From positions 372,001-436,000 of the forward strand of contig NOWV01000029.1 of assembly GCA_003344405.1 (NCBI GenBank): a stretch of 64,000 bases of DNA, in the 5' to 3' direction. Positions 1 to 14,699 of the stretch are shown here, piece by piece. Source of the stretch: Trichoplax sp. H2. Lineage: Eukaryota. A program made the translations under genes and the position numbers. Position 1 is the stretch's first letter, and every line of letters begins with the position of its first letter. The notes beneath the pieces were generated by a model. The model saw nothing but the letters and a program-made list of their open reading frames with translations. It made no database searches and was not told the DNA's origin.

Positions 1-1471
1 TGAGCCAAAATCATTACTATTTCGTATCTCGACTCGTCAACAGTAAGTAAATCTATCTCTGATCGAATTTTCCATCCATAACAAGGTGAAAGCATTCCCT
101 TGATGGCCACAAATACAATCATCGATGACAAATATGTGTGTGGCAAATCAAGTCGCTGACTCATAGGGTAGAAAAATAGACATCAACACCGTCGATTGCA
201 GTACATTCTCGATGTTGGGTACAACCCTCACTTATCCATGCATCGCTCTATCTCTACCGATAACGACTATAAACACCATGTACGAGTGAAATAGCAAGTT
301 GCAATCAAGAGAAAAGTGAAATTCAACATCGATTAACCCTAACAGAATCTGCCATGATGGAGATATGTTGCCAACGGATACGTAGTCCATATCGCCCATG
401 TGTACAAGAGATGGATGCAGTAGCAGTAAAAAAAAATGCATCGATCGAGAAGAAATGGCCATTCTATGGCCATCAATTCCACTATACCAATGTTACTTAC
501 TGATTCTTCTTCTGTCATGGTGAGGCTAAAGTGTTGAAAGCAATGGATAAAGTCTTCTAAAGAGTGTAGAAACGATTTTTAGCCTTTTGAGCAAGGAGTT
601 GATGGCCGAAATAGAAGCAGAGTGCTAGACGATGCGATGACAAAATGCTTTCACAGTCAACTGAGCCAGTAGCTGCCGATAGCAGGCTAGAGTAGAGTTT
701 TCGCTGTCACGTTAGCGTATGCAATCTCCTTACAGTATAGGAAAAGCTCTTTCCAGCATGGGGCTTCTGACGTACAGAAACTGGACTGCTGAGCGCAGTC
801 TCACTGGTCGCTACTGTACTACAGTATTATCCTACAGTACTGGACGTAACTTGGTACTGTAAGGTACAGTACCAAGTCTAGGACAAGCTTGCAGGAGGAT
901 ACTCAAGAAAGAGGGGGTGGACGGATAGACAGAAATCCCTTGAACGGTCACAAAATCAGGCTGACTATTTTACTGGTCATTTCAAGTGTATCGCATGTCT
1001 GCCATTGTACACTATACTGTCGAAGAGCATCCTCGAGATTGATTTCATCATGGACCACAGTGGTGTAAATGTCGGAAGTCATTGGTTTCGTTCGGTTTGG
1101 CTTGCACTTTCTATCATAGAAAGAAAGTTCATCTCTTCAATTTTTGCCTTGAACGGCCATTTCTCGTCTCTTTTTACTTTCTAGTAGATCCTGATGACAT
1201 GATCAGGGACTAATAGAGAGCGGGACGGTAAATAATCGTTGAGTAGAGTAGGAAAAAGGACGATTATTACCTTATAGAACACTATACTGTACGTCTAACA
1301 TCATACAGTATACTATGATTGCACCAACTGTCGCATTTAGCTGGGCTTGGTTCGATCGTGGTGCCTTTACTACAGTACTCAGTACTGTAGACTGTAGACG
1401 CTTTCCGTATACTGTACTGTACACTCTGATTAATTTCGATCTAGATCATACCTAGATAAATCGGTGCAGAA

Positions 1472-2070
1472 TTTAATTTAATTTAATGCGTAATTTTGAT
1501 AACAAAATCCATACAATTTTATATGAGAGGATCTCTATCTATTGATATCAATTTTACTTAAAATTGATTCATATTTGAGCATTTTATTCCACTTTTCATA
1601 ATCGAATACAGTACAGTAAGTACAGTATTTCGCGGACTACGACAACGGCTTCTTCCATGGCTTGTTTAATTTAATTTAATGCGTAATTTTTATAACAAAA
1701 TCCATACAATTCCATATGAGTAGATCTCTATCTATTGATATCAATTTTGCTTAAAATTAATTCATATCTGAGCATTTTATTCCACTTTTCATAATCGAAT
1801 ACAGTACAGTACAGTACAGTATTTCGTGGACTACGAGAACGGCTTCTTCCATGGCTTGTTTAATTTAATTTAATTTAATGCGTAATTTTTATAACAAAAT
1901 CCATACAATTTTACATGAGCGAATATCTATCTATTGATATCAGTTTTGCTTAAAATTGATTCCTATTTAAGCATTTTATTCCATTTTTCATAATCGAATA
2001 CAAAATTAATCATGCCGTACAGTTCTGTATAGTGCAGTATTTCACGGACTACGAGAAGGGCTTCTTCAGT
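1472..2070. repeat. Tandem repeat, about 3 units of ~190 bp
   Basis: Unit TTTAATTTAATTTAATGCGTAATTTT(G/T)ATAACAAAATCCATAC...GGACTACGA..GGCTTCTTC recurs at ~1472, ~1665 and ~1860. Confidence 0.95.
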
Positions 2071-2080
2071 AAAATCCCTT

Positions 2081-2468
2081 CTATGTACAGTACAAATACA
2101 GTAGTATATAATGCACGTACATTGTACGCGTATCAATACTGAAACTCTATCAAATATAGATTCACAAAATAGGGATGTGCACTGTACAGGATATGACAAT
2201 TTTTTCTTCTAGATTTTTGTATATTTCTACAAATATTTATGTACGTGCCGATACCATCAATTTGGGAAGAACTGATTCTATGTACAAATACAATAGTATA
2301 TAATGCACGTACATTGTACGCGTACCAATACTGAAACTCTATCAAATATAGATTCACAAAATAGGGATGTGCACTGTACAGGATATGACAATTTTTTCTT
2401 CTAGATTTTTGTATATTTCTACAAGTATTTATCTACGTGCCGATACCATCAATTTGGGAAGAACTGAT
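2081..2468. repeat. Tandem duplication, 2 x ~195 bp
   Basis: CTATGTACA...TAATGCACGTACATTGTACGCGTA...TTTGGGAAGAACTGATT at 2081 and again at 2278, near identical. Confidence 0.95.
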
Positions 2469-3590
2469 TAGTACAACCGAGTCATGGAATTAAAAATATA
2501 AATTATGTAATTTAATTTTATATGCCTACAGAATAAAAAAATCAGCTACATGGACGCGTATGCTGTAGTATTGAACAAGACTATATGGTGTGCTAGAGTT
2601 CGCATGTTATTCTTCTAACGCAGTCATCACAAGTGCTTTTATTTTATTTATAAACTAAAAGAAAGTAGTAACAATATGCCAGATCGATTTCTACAGTATC
2701 ATCTTATTGCTTGAACAATAACGTTGAAAATATATTATATACTCGTACGTATCGACAGCGACAAGTCTGTATAGCTCTAATATCTTGTATAATAAAATGA
2801 TCAAGTTAAAATTACAAATGTGATATTTGATATATGCATATATATATATATATAGGCTAACACTGTCAATGGCAATCTTTTCTATAGTATGGAAGAAATC
2901 TCTTCTGTTGATACATTAACATTATAATCCGATAGAACTCGTACTACACTCTAGATCAATGTTAACATAATTCTATGGAATGTTACATCTATCGTATTTA
3001 CATAATGGATAGTGTTAGCATCAAAACGGTGACAGGCTGTAATCACTTAAAAAAAAAATGACCAATACATCATTTAACTGCTGGAGATATTGCATGACTG
3101 GCCGTTAATCATTTGAAAAAATGGTGATCTGTGTCTGCGATACATAAATTGAACCTCTCATACCAATATTATAGATAGATATTTTGTCATAATAATGAAT
3201 TAAAATGATAAGGAGCTACCGTATTGACTAAATCGGATAATAAGGTAGGAATGATCAGCTACTAAAACTGCTGATAGGTAGTGGGTACTTTCAGTGATGA
3301 ATTAGATACAATCAAAGATTTAGAAATTCGCAATAATGAGAGGTAAAAGATTAAGAAGATTATCGTAAAAGCGATTATAGAATTTGCAATAATAATGGCG
3401 GATTAATCATATACATAATATCTATTTTTGCTTAACTAGATTTCTACTTGATATTGTACACATTTATATCATATACAGACTTGCCGTCAAACTCCGCCTA
3501 GGTATGTAGGGTGAGGACAGTACTGAGTTATGAGACTATCTTGGATATAGCAGTAAAATAAAATGAGATAAAATTGTTATCACCAAGGTT

Positions 3591-6500
3591 TTAAAAACTG
3601 TTTGCATAGACTGAAATGAGCCACCATGGAATACGAATCCATTCAGGGATGTAATCGGCAATTCGTGAATTTTTACATTGGAGAATATACTTTAATGACC
3701 GGATACTTATTGGAATTGTTCCTACAATATTATACAAACAATTAGATTTTCATAGAATACCAATCTTTTTCCAATCTACTTTATGCATTAGAGCACTTTA
3801 ATAAGTAATAAAAAGCTATCATACGGTTTCAATATAACTCGAATCTGTCATATAAACTGAAACTAAGCAAGTCTGTTTTGGATTACATTCATAAATAGGA
3901 ATATACAAGCTTGATATTACGTATTATTCTAAACTTGAAGTAGACACCCTTTGTTTATACGGCACTTATTCTAACCATTGAAGTACAAATCTAACATGTA
4001 CAGATACTATAGAATTTTTTCAAATGAATAGATAAGAAAATGTTGTAAATTTTAAATTATATAATTTTAACTATAGTCATGAAGTAGAGTGCAAATGAAA
4101 TAGCGTCACGCTGTCTTTTCTAACTGTATATATTAGTTACGATTAAAGAGAGATCGTGAACATCCTTGGTGAATGCATCTTAAAACCGATTACACCTCTG
4201 TTAACACGATTGGTTATAGTTTAAGAAATAGTAATTCTTCGAAGGATTATGCCTCATAGCCTAGCTATTATGATTTTAACTACTAAAGATCCTCTTAAGG
4301 TTACTATGATCATAATTGACTGCTCATATTCCATTGATAAAAGAATTAATATTATTATTTTAGGAAATCAGTGATTAATTTATTTACAACTAACCATCTA
4401 CATCGGTAAATCCATACTCTCTAGCCAAATCAGATATATCCAATATTCTTCCTGATTTATTCAGAATAGTTTCATCTACATCATGCATATAATAAGAGAG
4501 AAGTTATTTCTTTCATTAATAGAGGCAATTAAATAGAAGCAATTCTAAATCAATTTCTTACGTACAACACATTTACATGAATATGGATGCATCTTACGGC
4601 ATCTGCTATGTTTACCTGTAGCTAAAGCTACAATAGCTCTTCCGGTAAATTGAGGATCTTCTTGTTTAATTTTACTAATAATCTGTGTAGAATAGGCGGA
4701 CATCTTGAATTGAATTCAATTATTAAAGTATAATTTAATTGATATTCAGCAAAACCTCTTTCAACTCTTTAGTGCAATCTAATGATTTTTCAAAGTGTGC
4801 TGTTACTTCGGTTCTTACAATACCAGGCCATATTGATACCATAGCGATGTTAAATTGCTTTAGATCTCTAGCGCAAGTAGTTGCCATTCTATCCACCTTG
4901 AGTAAACATTTCAATTCAATTTTAACATTGAAGTAGTACCGTAGTATACTTGAAATTATTGAATTACTTACAGCGGCTTTTCCAATTCCTAATGAAGCAT
5001 TACAAGCGATATCTAACGCCGCTCCAGATGATACGTTAACAATTAATCCTTTACTCCTGACAATCATCAACCGAGCTGCATGCCAAGTCGTCGTATAATA
5101 ACCCCTGTTAATTCCGGCCATAAGAATAGAATAAATCATTCGATAAATGAACCATTGCTGATCGATTTCAGGATTTCTAAACTTTATCCATATTACTTTA
5201 AATAATGATCTCTATATTGCACTGTATGAAGGCCTTTCTACTGGTTTATTTCATACCGGCAGCAATTGACAATTTTTAAGAACTTTACATTATTAGATAT
5301 TCTGAGCAAATAAAAAAATGAAAAATTAATACTGTATAATCGCGTCATTATTAATGAAAATCTCGCGTTTACGAAATTAATTAATTAGGATTAAGGAGTT
5401 TACTATAAAGAATAATGTAGATTATTACTTTTGAAAATAAAAGTTGACTATGAGAACTCAAGCTAAAGAAGAAATTTAAGCGATTAAAAAATAATCTAAC
5501 CCTCTTCTCCATATACTACTCTCTACGACTATAAATCAAAGCGATGCCGTATTAGAGCATCGAGAGGTAATGAATGCATCTACTGTATCTTAATAGAAAT
5601 ACTGTAATTGAAACACAATTTAAATACTTTATAGCTTCTATTTTAAATATCGTTTGTGTTTATATGTAATTGGATTTTCGAAACGACGTTTAATCCCTTT
5701 AAATATACAGTAGAATAATAAAAATATGCTACTGTGTACAGTAGGATAGTCTTGGCATAGATGTTTTGAGTGGTTTCGGTGAAAGGTAGGACATTTTTAA
5801 GCAAGAGTTATTTCTGTTTAATGATATTATTGCCGTAGATAAAATACTTTTTAATTAAAGTCACTTTATTGGCTTCTATTAAAACTAATCTCTGCGGATG
5901 CTATTGGTAACTGTATAACTGGAGTTTGGTCGTCTATACTTTTACAGTCGTTACTGTAGCTAAGAATTTAAACAAATTCAAAGTTATTGATATAGTAATT
6001 GTAATCTTTCTTTATACATTAATTATCGTATGAATATAAGGAGCTATTCAATATATAAATAACAAAAGTTGTAATTAACGTTAACATAATAGCCATCAAG
6101 GGATTCAACAACGACTATAGTGATGATTCTCATTATACCTTAGTCCGACATCATTGACGTTATCCCATAAGGAAAGTGGCTATATTAAAAATAAAAGAAA
6201 TGACATCAATTCCATAAGCGTAAACCAAGTTAAATCTGTTCTATGATAACTTCATCGAGACGAGAGAGTTAATTTAGTTCATATCCACGTCAATTGTCAT
6301 TAAATAAATTGTAAATTAATTTAAAAATGCTCTATGTTACTCACTTGTTCCCAAAATGGAAACAGTAGATTGTCAATGATGGCCTGGAGCAAAAAAAAAG
6401 TCCATTCAACAAACTTAAATCGATAAATGCTATCCCATTCAATACCGTATACTATTGAACCATTTTCTCTCTGTCGAACGCGCGCTATCATAACTATTTT

Positions 6501-7577
6501 ATATTATATTCTTTCTAATTTTTGAGTTGCAATCGATATTATTGTCTTCATTATAACTTGAATAGGGGCTATGCTTTGCAACTGCAACAACTTATATTAT
6601 TACGCTAAAAGTGTCAGCTAAAATGGATTAAAAATTTATCCGTTTTTATAACTAGATTATCATTATTTTTCTCTCTTATTTAAAACTAAAATAAAATAAT
6701 CAATTAGATACAATGATATCCTATTAAAGAAATCTAAGCTAACCACCACAGTGTAACTTGATGTTCAATACAGAGAAAATATCGACAAATCTACTTGAAA
6801 GAAGCGGTATGCTATCGTAACTTACGCGAATGCCTGAAAAAGCATTATTCACCACAATATCCAGCCTTCCATGTTGCTCTAATGTAATTCGTTCAAATAA
6901 CCTCTTGACGTCTTCATCTTGACTATGATCACATTTAACGGGATAACAAATCCCACCTGCATCGTCAATCGCTTTCGCGGTTTCGCACAGCGATCCGCCA
7001 GAACATTCAGGATCTGGATAGAATGTTCGTCCTGATTCATTCAGTTTTACGATCAAATAGATGAGAAAATCACGTCTAAATTACAGTCATTACTTTGTCG
7101 ATTAAATTTAATTGCTTGATCATCCAATTACTATCAGCGTTATTTTATTAATTCCAACTATCAACCTGTAATGTAGACTGTGGCTCCTTCTTGACCAAGT
7201 ACAATTGCGATACCTTTACCTAGACCACGAGAAGCGCCGGTTACTAGGCAAACTTTTCCTTTTAATCGCTTTGATCGCTATAAATAAGTCAGAAAAGCAC
7301 TTTTAATCAAGTAGCCACCTTAACAATCTTGATTTTTCAAATAATATTTTACAGGCAACATTTTATTGACTAACGATTACATTAAAAGTGTAGCATAAAT
7401 CATTTTATTGAAGTACAGTATCAGTAGTAAGTAATTTTTTTCTTTTTTCGACGTCAAAAAAGCAAATAATTCATTTTTTCTCTCTCATGCCTTGTAAAAT
7501 GCGAGATAGTTGTATTATAAGAATAGAAAGAAACTTTCCATACTTACCGTTGAAGTTCCATTCTGATAAGTAGCCAT
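3591..7577 (-). CDS. DHRS1: DHRS1-like short-chain dehydrogenase/reductase, divergent paralog B (10 exons; catalytic Tyr replaced by Leu)
   Basis: Spliced GT-AG frame: MATYQNGTST (7577-7548) | RSKRLKGKVCLVTGASRGLGKGIA (7277-7166, TGxxxGxG) | ...CDHSQDEDV...GRLDIVVNNAF (7031-6826) | AIIDNLLFPFWEQ | PLSLWDNVNDVGLR | GYYTTTWHAARLM...NVSSG...NASLGIGKAA | VDRMATTCARDL...SIWPGIVRTE | ...DPQFTGRAIVALAT | ...YGFTDVD | ...IPWWLISVYANSF* (TAA 3593-3591). No stop or frameshift found. Confidence 0.9.
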
Positions 7578-10286
7578 GCTGCAATCAATCTTGAAATATC
7601 TTTACTACTAAGGGTAATAATATTAAATTTTAACTTAACTCTATCTGCCTTGAAGAGATTGATAATTATAATAGAAAGAGAATAATGACGACAAGGAAAA
7701 AATGACTTTACCATAATACGAATCAAATTTTAATCTAACATTAATAAAAATAGCTACTATTGTGGCAATTGATTTCCTATTTGGTCTGCATCCTTGTTAA
7801 AAGATATGAACAACTAAAATAGATCCTCGATTAACTAGTGCCAACGTGTGTATGAGTAGTCGTAAGCGTTACTTACTCTTTTTTTTCAAATGATTAATTT
7901 TTTTCCCCTATTGGAATGTTAATTATGTTGTCGTCGATAATTACAGTAGAGATTGAATAATGGAGGAGGAAGATTATTAAATGGGGATGTAATTTTAAAT
8001 CAATGTCAGCTTTAGAGGAATGATAAAGTAAAATAAAAGTTGGAAATGTGGTCCAAAGTAGGCAAGCTACATTGTCTCGTAAGCTATTTCTTTTTCTCCG
8101 ACCTTCTAGGAGCTAAGGATTTAATACTAAAACAGCAGATTTATTTTAGCCTCATGCAGATCCTAAACAAATGGCTTTTAGTCTTGCATTGAATATTGTC
8201 TATTCTTTAGTTAGAGTAAACAAAATGACGAGTGGGGGGGAAAGAAATCAAACGAGAGACAATTCTTGCTGTGACGTATAGTGCTATCTAAAGCAACTCT
8301 TAATATAAAAAATAAATCTATATAGGCCAATAGTTGATTGTTATACGTCCCATTTTTTTTTCCCCAAAGCTATAATAAGATAGCAACACCTCTTTAATAT
8401 GGCTATTGTTAGAATAAATTGTTATTTTTTTAGTCCATGTGATCGCATCTTTGAATGAAGTCGATGACGATTTAGCGTATTATAGACCGATAATTGCCTT
8501 GAACAAATAGAGGATAATCATAAAATTCAATCAATTATAACATTAGGATAGAGATAGGTTTGGCTAATAGCTGTATTTAATAAGCAGATTTATCTCTCGC
8601 TATACGATGATTATACTAAGTGATGTTCAACAAGGTACTTCATTTTAGTTGGTAAATAAATGAGAGTGCCTTCAAATTCAACAACTTGACTTCTAGAATA
8701 ATTAACAGCTTAAATAATACAGAATTTTAATTTAAATGCGCAGAATAGAGACAATTTTAATACAAGCAATAGAGAGCATCGCCGACAATTTTTTCTTCAC
8801 TTAATAAACCTATTAATCCCTTATAGGATTGTCATCGTTTGGCGAAAAATTGCGACTATTTATGTGTTTGTTCTTGTACCAGCACTGTATAATATAGAAG
8901 GTAGTGGATAACTTGGTTGGATATACATTCGTTTATAGGTTGTATATGTTTAAAATTTTCTTATTTTTAATACTTTAATACTATTAGGAAATCTAATCTT
9001 TATTGATCATCAATACTACCAATCTAGATTGTGTCTGAATATTAAATGTTAAAGAGGCATCCAATGGCTTACGGTAGAGTAAAAATGAATAAAATTAAAT
9101 TTATTTACTGGTATTAACCATAATGCAAGCTTAAATTAGTTTAATATCGATAGAAGGAGGTAAAATAGATTGAAACGATAAATTGGTTGAACGTTTGAAA
9201 ATGTAATAGCCAAGGACGAGATTATAGTACAAAATTATTTGTTCCTCATTTAATGTGTGCATGATGAATATGTAGATCTCTGTCTAAGGCACAATTATCA
9301 TGGATAGAATTAAGAGAAGGAAATTAGTCCTAGTATTTTTTCCCATTTTAACTCTTGAGCATGAAATTAAGCAGCATAGTGTACAGTATAATAATATAAA
9401 ATATGTGCAGGATAGTAAAATAAATCTGATGAGGAAACGTTAAGATATAATACTGTACAGCGTACATAGATTGCATAAATTGTTGTACGAAAGCACAAGG
9501 TAAAACACCAAAGTAGACAAGTTAATACCATAAATGGATTGTATTCGTTACTTTAAAGTATTGCTATGTTGTAAAATTTATGGATAGTTTGTCAGGAATC
9601 TCTCTATTGTATTAAAGAAGTTGTTAATTATATCTATCATAAAGGAGTCCTATTGCATAAAAATTTCCTTATTGTCTTGAAAAAATGTGTATAGAGTCAG
9701 GTGGCAGCCTCGATGCCAACATAGGTTGCCTTTAAGATTGATTTCAAGTGATACGGCCGGCATAAGGCATCCATTAAATGAAGGACAGTTACGTTTGCAT
9801 TATTACATATTTACAGATGTTCATTTTCTAAAATGGCCATAATAAAATTTATTGGTAAAAATGTAGAGCGAAGGGTAAAATATCTTGCTACTGCTTCCAT
9901 TGAATAGTAAGCTAATACCGTTGTAGAGTAGAGTAGAGAATATCAACTATGTCATTTCGGTATCATGATAGATAACATCAGCCCCATTTTGCAAAATGAT
10001 CCCGCTCTCTATGACTTATCTAACGCTAAGAATGATATTAAGAACATTGATCGCAATTTTATTATGATAACAAGTTGAACATAATATATGATGGTGTAAG
10101 AGAGAAGCTATCAGATACAAATACTGGCATATCTTTATTCTATACTGAATTACGAGCTATACTATATACCATAAACTCTTGGTATTTTGATTATATTTTA
10201 TGTACTTTGCTAACATCTGTTCTAATATACTTTATACTATACAGCAGTTAACTAAGAATAATATCAAAGAAATGGAGGGTCGACTT

Positions 10287-13088
10287 TTAAAACTTGTGCG
10301 TTGTAGCTGCAATAACCCACCATGGTAGCCGAATCCATCCTGGTACAATAGGTGCCAGATTTGATCCAGAGAATTTTAGCATATCTTTCACACTACGAAT
10401 GTTGGAGGGACGATTTCCTGCAAAAAAATATCATTTCATTATAGTTTTAGGTCAATTTAATTCAATTTCAAAGTAACAGTTGGTCGATATGTAAAGGTGA
10501 AACTTTACCAGAAATATCAGTAAACCCATATTCGGTTGATAAGTCAGCAGTGGTTACTATCTTTCCGGTTTTTTTCATAATATTAGGATCTTAAAATAAA
10601 TTATGACATTCGATTCTTATTAAGACAAAATCGTAAAATATCGTTCTCATTTGTAACAGCTGAAGATAAAATCTTAAGTTTCAATCTAAGAAACTACGAT
10701 GCATTGTATATTAGTACTCGTATAGTCAACTATTTGCGATTAACTCAGTTTGTAAGTTACCATTTGCCATAGCCACCACTGCTTTTCCGCTAAATGTTGG
10801 ATCTTCTGCATCGCTGAATATCGATTTCATCTAATCATATAAGCAAACGAATCGTATATCAAGGCCACGTACATAATGAAATTTAAATGTTAAAAATTGT
10901 ATGATTAATCGATTAGTACAACTATATGCTATGCTAATAGACCTCGTCTCGCTCATTCAAGTTTTTAGATACATATTCAGTTTTAACAGGGCCGGGCCAT
11001 AAAGACACCATGGCAACATTAGATTTTTTTAACTCGTAACCACAGTCTGCAGCCATTCTATCCACCTATGGGAAATGATTTATGGTTGGTGCATGATAAA
11101 AGGTGATAACAATGGCTTGTTACTGCTTTTCATGTTATTACTTGTATCAAAACTTGGCAATTAACACTATTCGACATACCCCAGCTTTTCCAATACCATA
11201 AGCAACATTAAAGAGGTATCGTAAACCTCCAGCCGAGGAAATGTTAACGATTAAACCTTGTTTACGAGGAACCATTAACCTTGAGGCATGACATGTTGCG
11301 ATATAGTGGGCTCTGAGAATTTATGCAAGATAAAAGTTAGAAGGATCCCTTTAAACAAAATTAACTTAAATCAATTATGATATTGTAAGGTATTCATAGT
11401 ATACCTCAAACCAACTCCATTAATAGTATCCCACATATTGTCGGGCTGTAGGATACAGATGATTGTTAAAGATTTTCGAGATAACTGAAGCATATCGATA
11501 AAAAAAAGTAATAACCTGTTCCCAAAACTTCTTTCGGGAGTTGTCAAAGATAGCCTACGTAGCATAAGAGAGAAAAAGTATGTGATTAAATTAATTAAAC
11601 GATAAAAGTTGTAAAATCTTTCAAATGATGACTAAAAGTCTGTAAATAATCATCTTAGGAAGTACGATTGCAATAATTACATCAGTGATATATTTACGAT
11701 AGTTTACATCAATATGCTTACGTAGACTTTAAGTTATTCTATTTATCGGATGTAAGTTATAAGAAATTAAAAAAAGAATCGTATAAATTTGGTCCTCCTA
11801 CAGGGGATATCCTTGCGAAATATCATTGCATACTAGTATTTTGAAGTCGGTATAATAAGTCTTAAAAGCAGTTTATCTTCAAGAACTATATGACTATAAT
11901 AAATATATAGTATCAATGGTAAGGACTTCAATTGATCTCAAGGTGATTATTCTAGATTGGTCTATGATTATATTATATATGTATCTTTGACGAGTATGGC
12001 TACGTATGAATACTTGAGGTCAACATGACAGAAGGCGGTAGTGAAATTTCGAATTTTATCCTCATGTCAATTGTTTGTTTTTGTCATGTTTTTAGCCTAA
12101 CGTCTAAGTACAATCGCCATAATCACCTGGACTCCAGCGTATGCATTATTGACCAAGACATCTAATCGACCATCTTGTTCTTTTGCAATAGTTGCAAATA
12201 ATTTGGCAATATCTTCATCTTTAGAGTGATCACACTGGATAGGAATACCTTTACCACCAGCTGCATCAATTTCCTGGGCAGTTTCTTTTAATGATCCAGA
12301 TAAGCCTGGCTTGGCTTCAAGAGTACGTCCTAAGAATGTCAATAATTAACAGAGAATCTATTTCATTTTTGACGCCTAATTTTGCTATTTGGAGGGGGCA
12401 ATTCCTCAAGCTGCCAAGGAATTCAAGTCGTTCTTACGATATCTCTGTAAATTATAATACTTGAATGAATTTTTTCTGTCGATGCTGCACTGGCTAACTG
12501 ACGTTCAACTTGCTGTAGAATATATGTACTACACTAGATTGGTCTATTATTCCATCCGATAATGCTGCTGATCCTATCATCATAGACTTGTATGGTCCCA
12601 TCAGCAGGATTATGTGCCTATTTACAATAAGTACGCTATCTATACTTCGTCAACAACGCATTAATTCATTCTATTCTTGATCTGATATTGAAATGGGAAA
12701 ATTTGCATTTACAGTATGAAGCGTACGCGTATTCGTTATTTGCAATCAATCTCTTGAAAGTGCATCTCATATCGATATTCTCTTTGATGAAGGAAAGTAG
12801 AACATAGATATGGCTTTAAGGGATGTTGATTTAGATCTATTCGATATGATAACGTCTCGATCATTTTCATCGCTTAGCGATGGAATGCATCATCGAGATT
12901 TAAATCAGGATAGTAAAGTAGAATGGAACTGTTGTAGAGTGTAAGCTGGAAGATTGTTGGGAGAATAGGAATCGCTTACCTGTAATATAAACCGTAGCAC
13001 CCTCTTCGCCAAGTATGACAGCGATACCTTTGCCAATTCCTCGCGTTGCTCCAGTAACTAAGCAAACTTTACCTTGAAGGCTGGACAT
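10287..13088 (-). CDS. DHRS1: DHRS1 ortholog, short-chain dehydrogenase/reductase (9 coding exons)
   Basis: MSSLQGKVCLVTGATRGIGKGIA (13088-12980) | GRTL...CDHSKDEDI...GRLDVLVNNAYAGVQ | ...KFWEQ | PDNMWDTINGVGLR | AHYIATCHASRLMV...NISSAGGLRYLFNVAYGIGKAG (intact YxxxK) | VDRMAADCGYEL...VSLWPGPVKTE | ... | ...YGFTDIS | ...PWWVIAATTHKF* (TAA 10289-10287). Motifs match DHRS1 as recalled. Confidence 0.95.
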
Positions 13089-14699
13089 TTTGACCTACAT
13101 AGGTATTAAAACAAGTAATGAGATCGATGACTTTTTTACCTGCAGCTGTACATCATCACGTATTGATGAAACGCTTTTCTTTTCGTCGTCCTTATGCCTC
13201 TATTCTGCTGCGTAAGCTATTATGACGACGAAGCTGTGATCAACTTATTCATGCATCTATTACAACTGATGGAAAGTACTTACAGATCGGAAAACTATTA
13301 ATGTAGTTGATTAGAGAAGAAGTTGCTGCTCGCCGGAATAGTAATGGCAGTCCTTCCACTGGTGAGGATAAGAATGGTATGAGTGGATTCTGACCCAGTT
13401 GTATGAGTAATATAGAGAAAGTGCTGCATCATGTCATGGATGTTAAGATATACTACTAGAACAATACCACTTTCCTTATACGGTATCCAAGTAGCTCGTC
13501 TAAAATCCAATACAGTATGACAAATGAGCAAGCTCGATGTGTAAACACATTTCCAAGAGGTCAAGAGGCGAGAGGTTAAAGATGGCCCCTGGTAAACTTG
13601 TATAAATTCCATATTAACTTAACTTAATGAAACACTTTCCAGTCTGATTCTACCGCTTTGAGTGATTTTGACCTTTTAGCTTAAAACTACTTCCAAACGA
13701 ATCGTCTTTGAATAACGCACAAGATGGACGTTATCCTGTCGTTCTAGCACTATCCATGAATCTTTGACACGCTTTGAAAGGTTCAAAATCGCTCCATTTT
13801 TGAAAAAATTGCTTGTTAAAGATAGTTGCTCAGCATGATAAAAAGCTAAGAGCGTATACTGTACTAGAGATCTTTCTCTCCAAGGCCTCTAGCCTACACT
13901 TGCTATAGCCTTGCACAAATGTCAAGTTGTGATCAGATACAATCAGTTGCAAGTCCATTGCATACAAAAGTATATCGAATTGTTGATGCATAATTTGTGG
14001 ATCGCTATTCTGATCCTTAATTGGTTTACGCCGTCGATCTGAACGGCATTTGGTCTATCCTATACTGTATCAGGACAGTAAACAAGTACTATACTTTCCC
14101 AACCTGATTAATTCAAATTAAATTAAAAATAGATAGCTCACATAAATGGACAGTAATTTAGGACATTGATGGAAAGGATTGGACCATTCAAGAGCGAGTT
14201 TCCGCTCATGGATAGATGATCAATAACGCTTGTATAAAATGCTAGGAAATAGGAAAAGTTGACTATTGCCAGAGACACCGCTGTTAACATACTGCATGCA
14301 GTAGATAGTCAGTATAAAAATAAAAAAAATAATAATAATGTCGACACTCGATGAGTTCTGTAGAAGTTGTCTTCTATGTCAACGTAGTCAAGTCATCGAC
14401 ATGGAAAGTCCCAAGCTCCGCTGTGCAAAATAAACTGTCAGCTTGTATCCCTTTCTGACTCACTTATTTTTATGGTATTTTACTACATATCATGCTATTC
14501 AAGAAAAGTAAGAATGACAATTGATTTGCACAGAGATGTTTCATTCAATCAAAGCAGGTCCGATTGCTCGTGTCGACAATTTAAATTGCAGAAATCAGTG
14601 ATTAAAGTAAAACATGGGCTCTGTTCTCTAGTAATGCATCAATATATCTCATACTAATGCACACTGTGGATGGGAAAATCAAGGACGACAGTTTATTTT

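Noticed and set aside
232..462. 76-aa minus ORF
   Set aside because: No recognisable homology and no supportable exon structure.
3591..7577. Calling DHRS1 paralog B a pseudogene
   Set aside because: All exons are in frame with canonical splice sites and a stop at the homologous position.
13298..13800. 104-aa minus ORF and GC-elevated region upstream of DHRS1-A
   Set aside because: No family motif or consistent exon chain was found in the frames I tried, so it is probably promoter or UTR. BLASTX would settle it.
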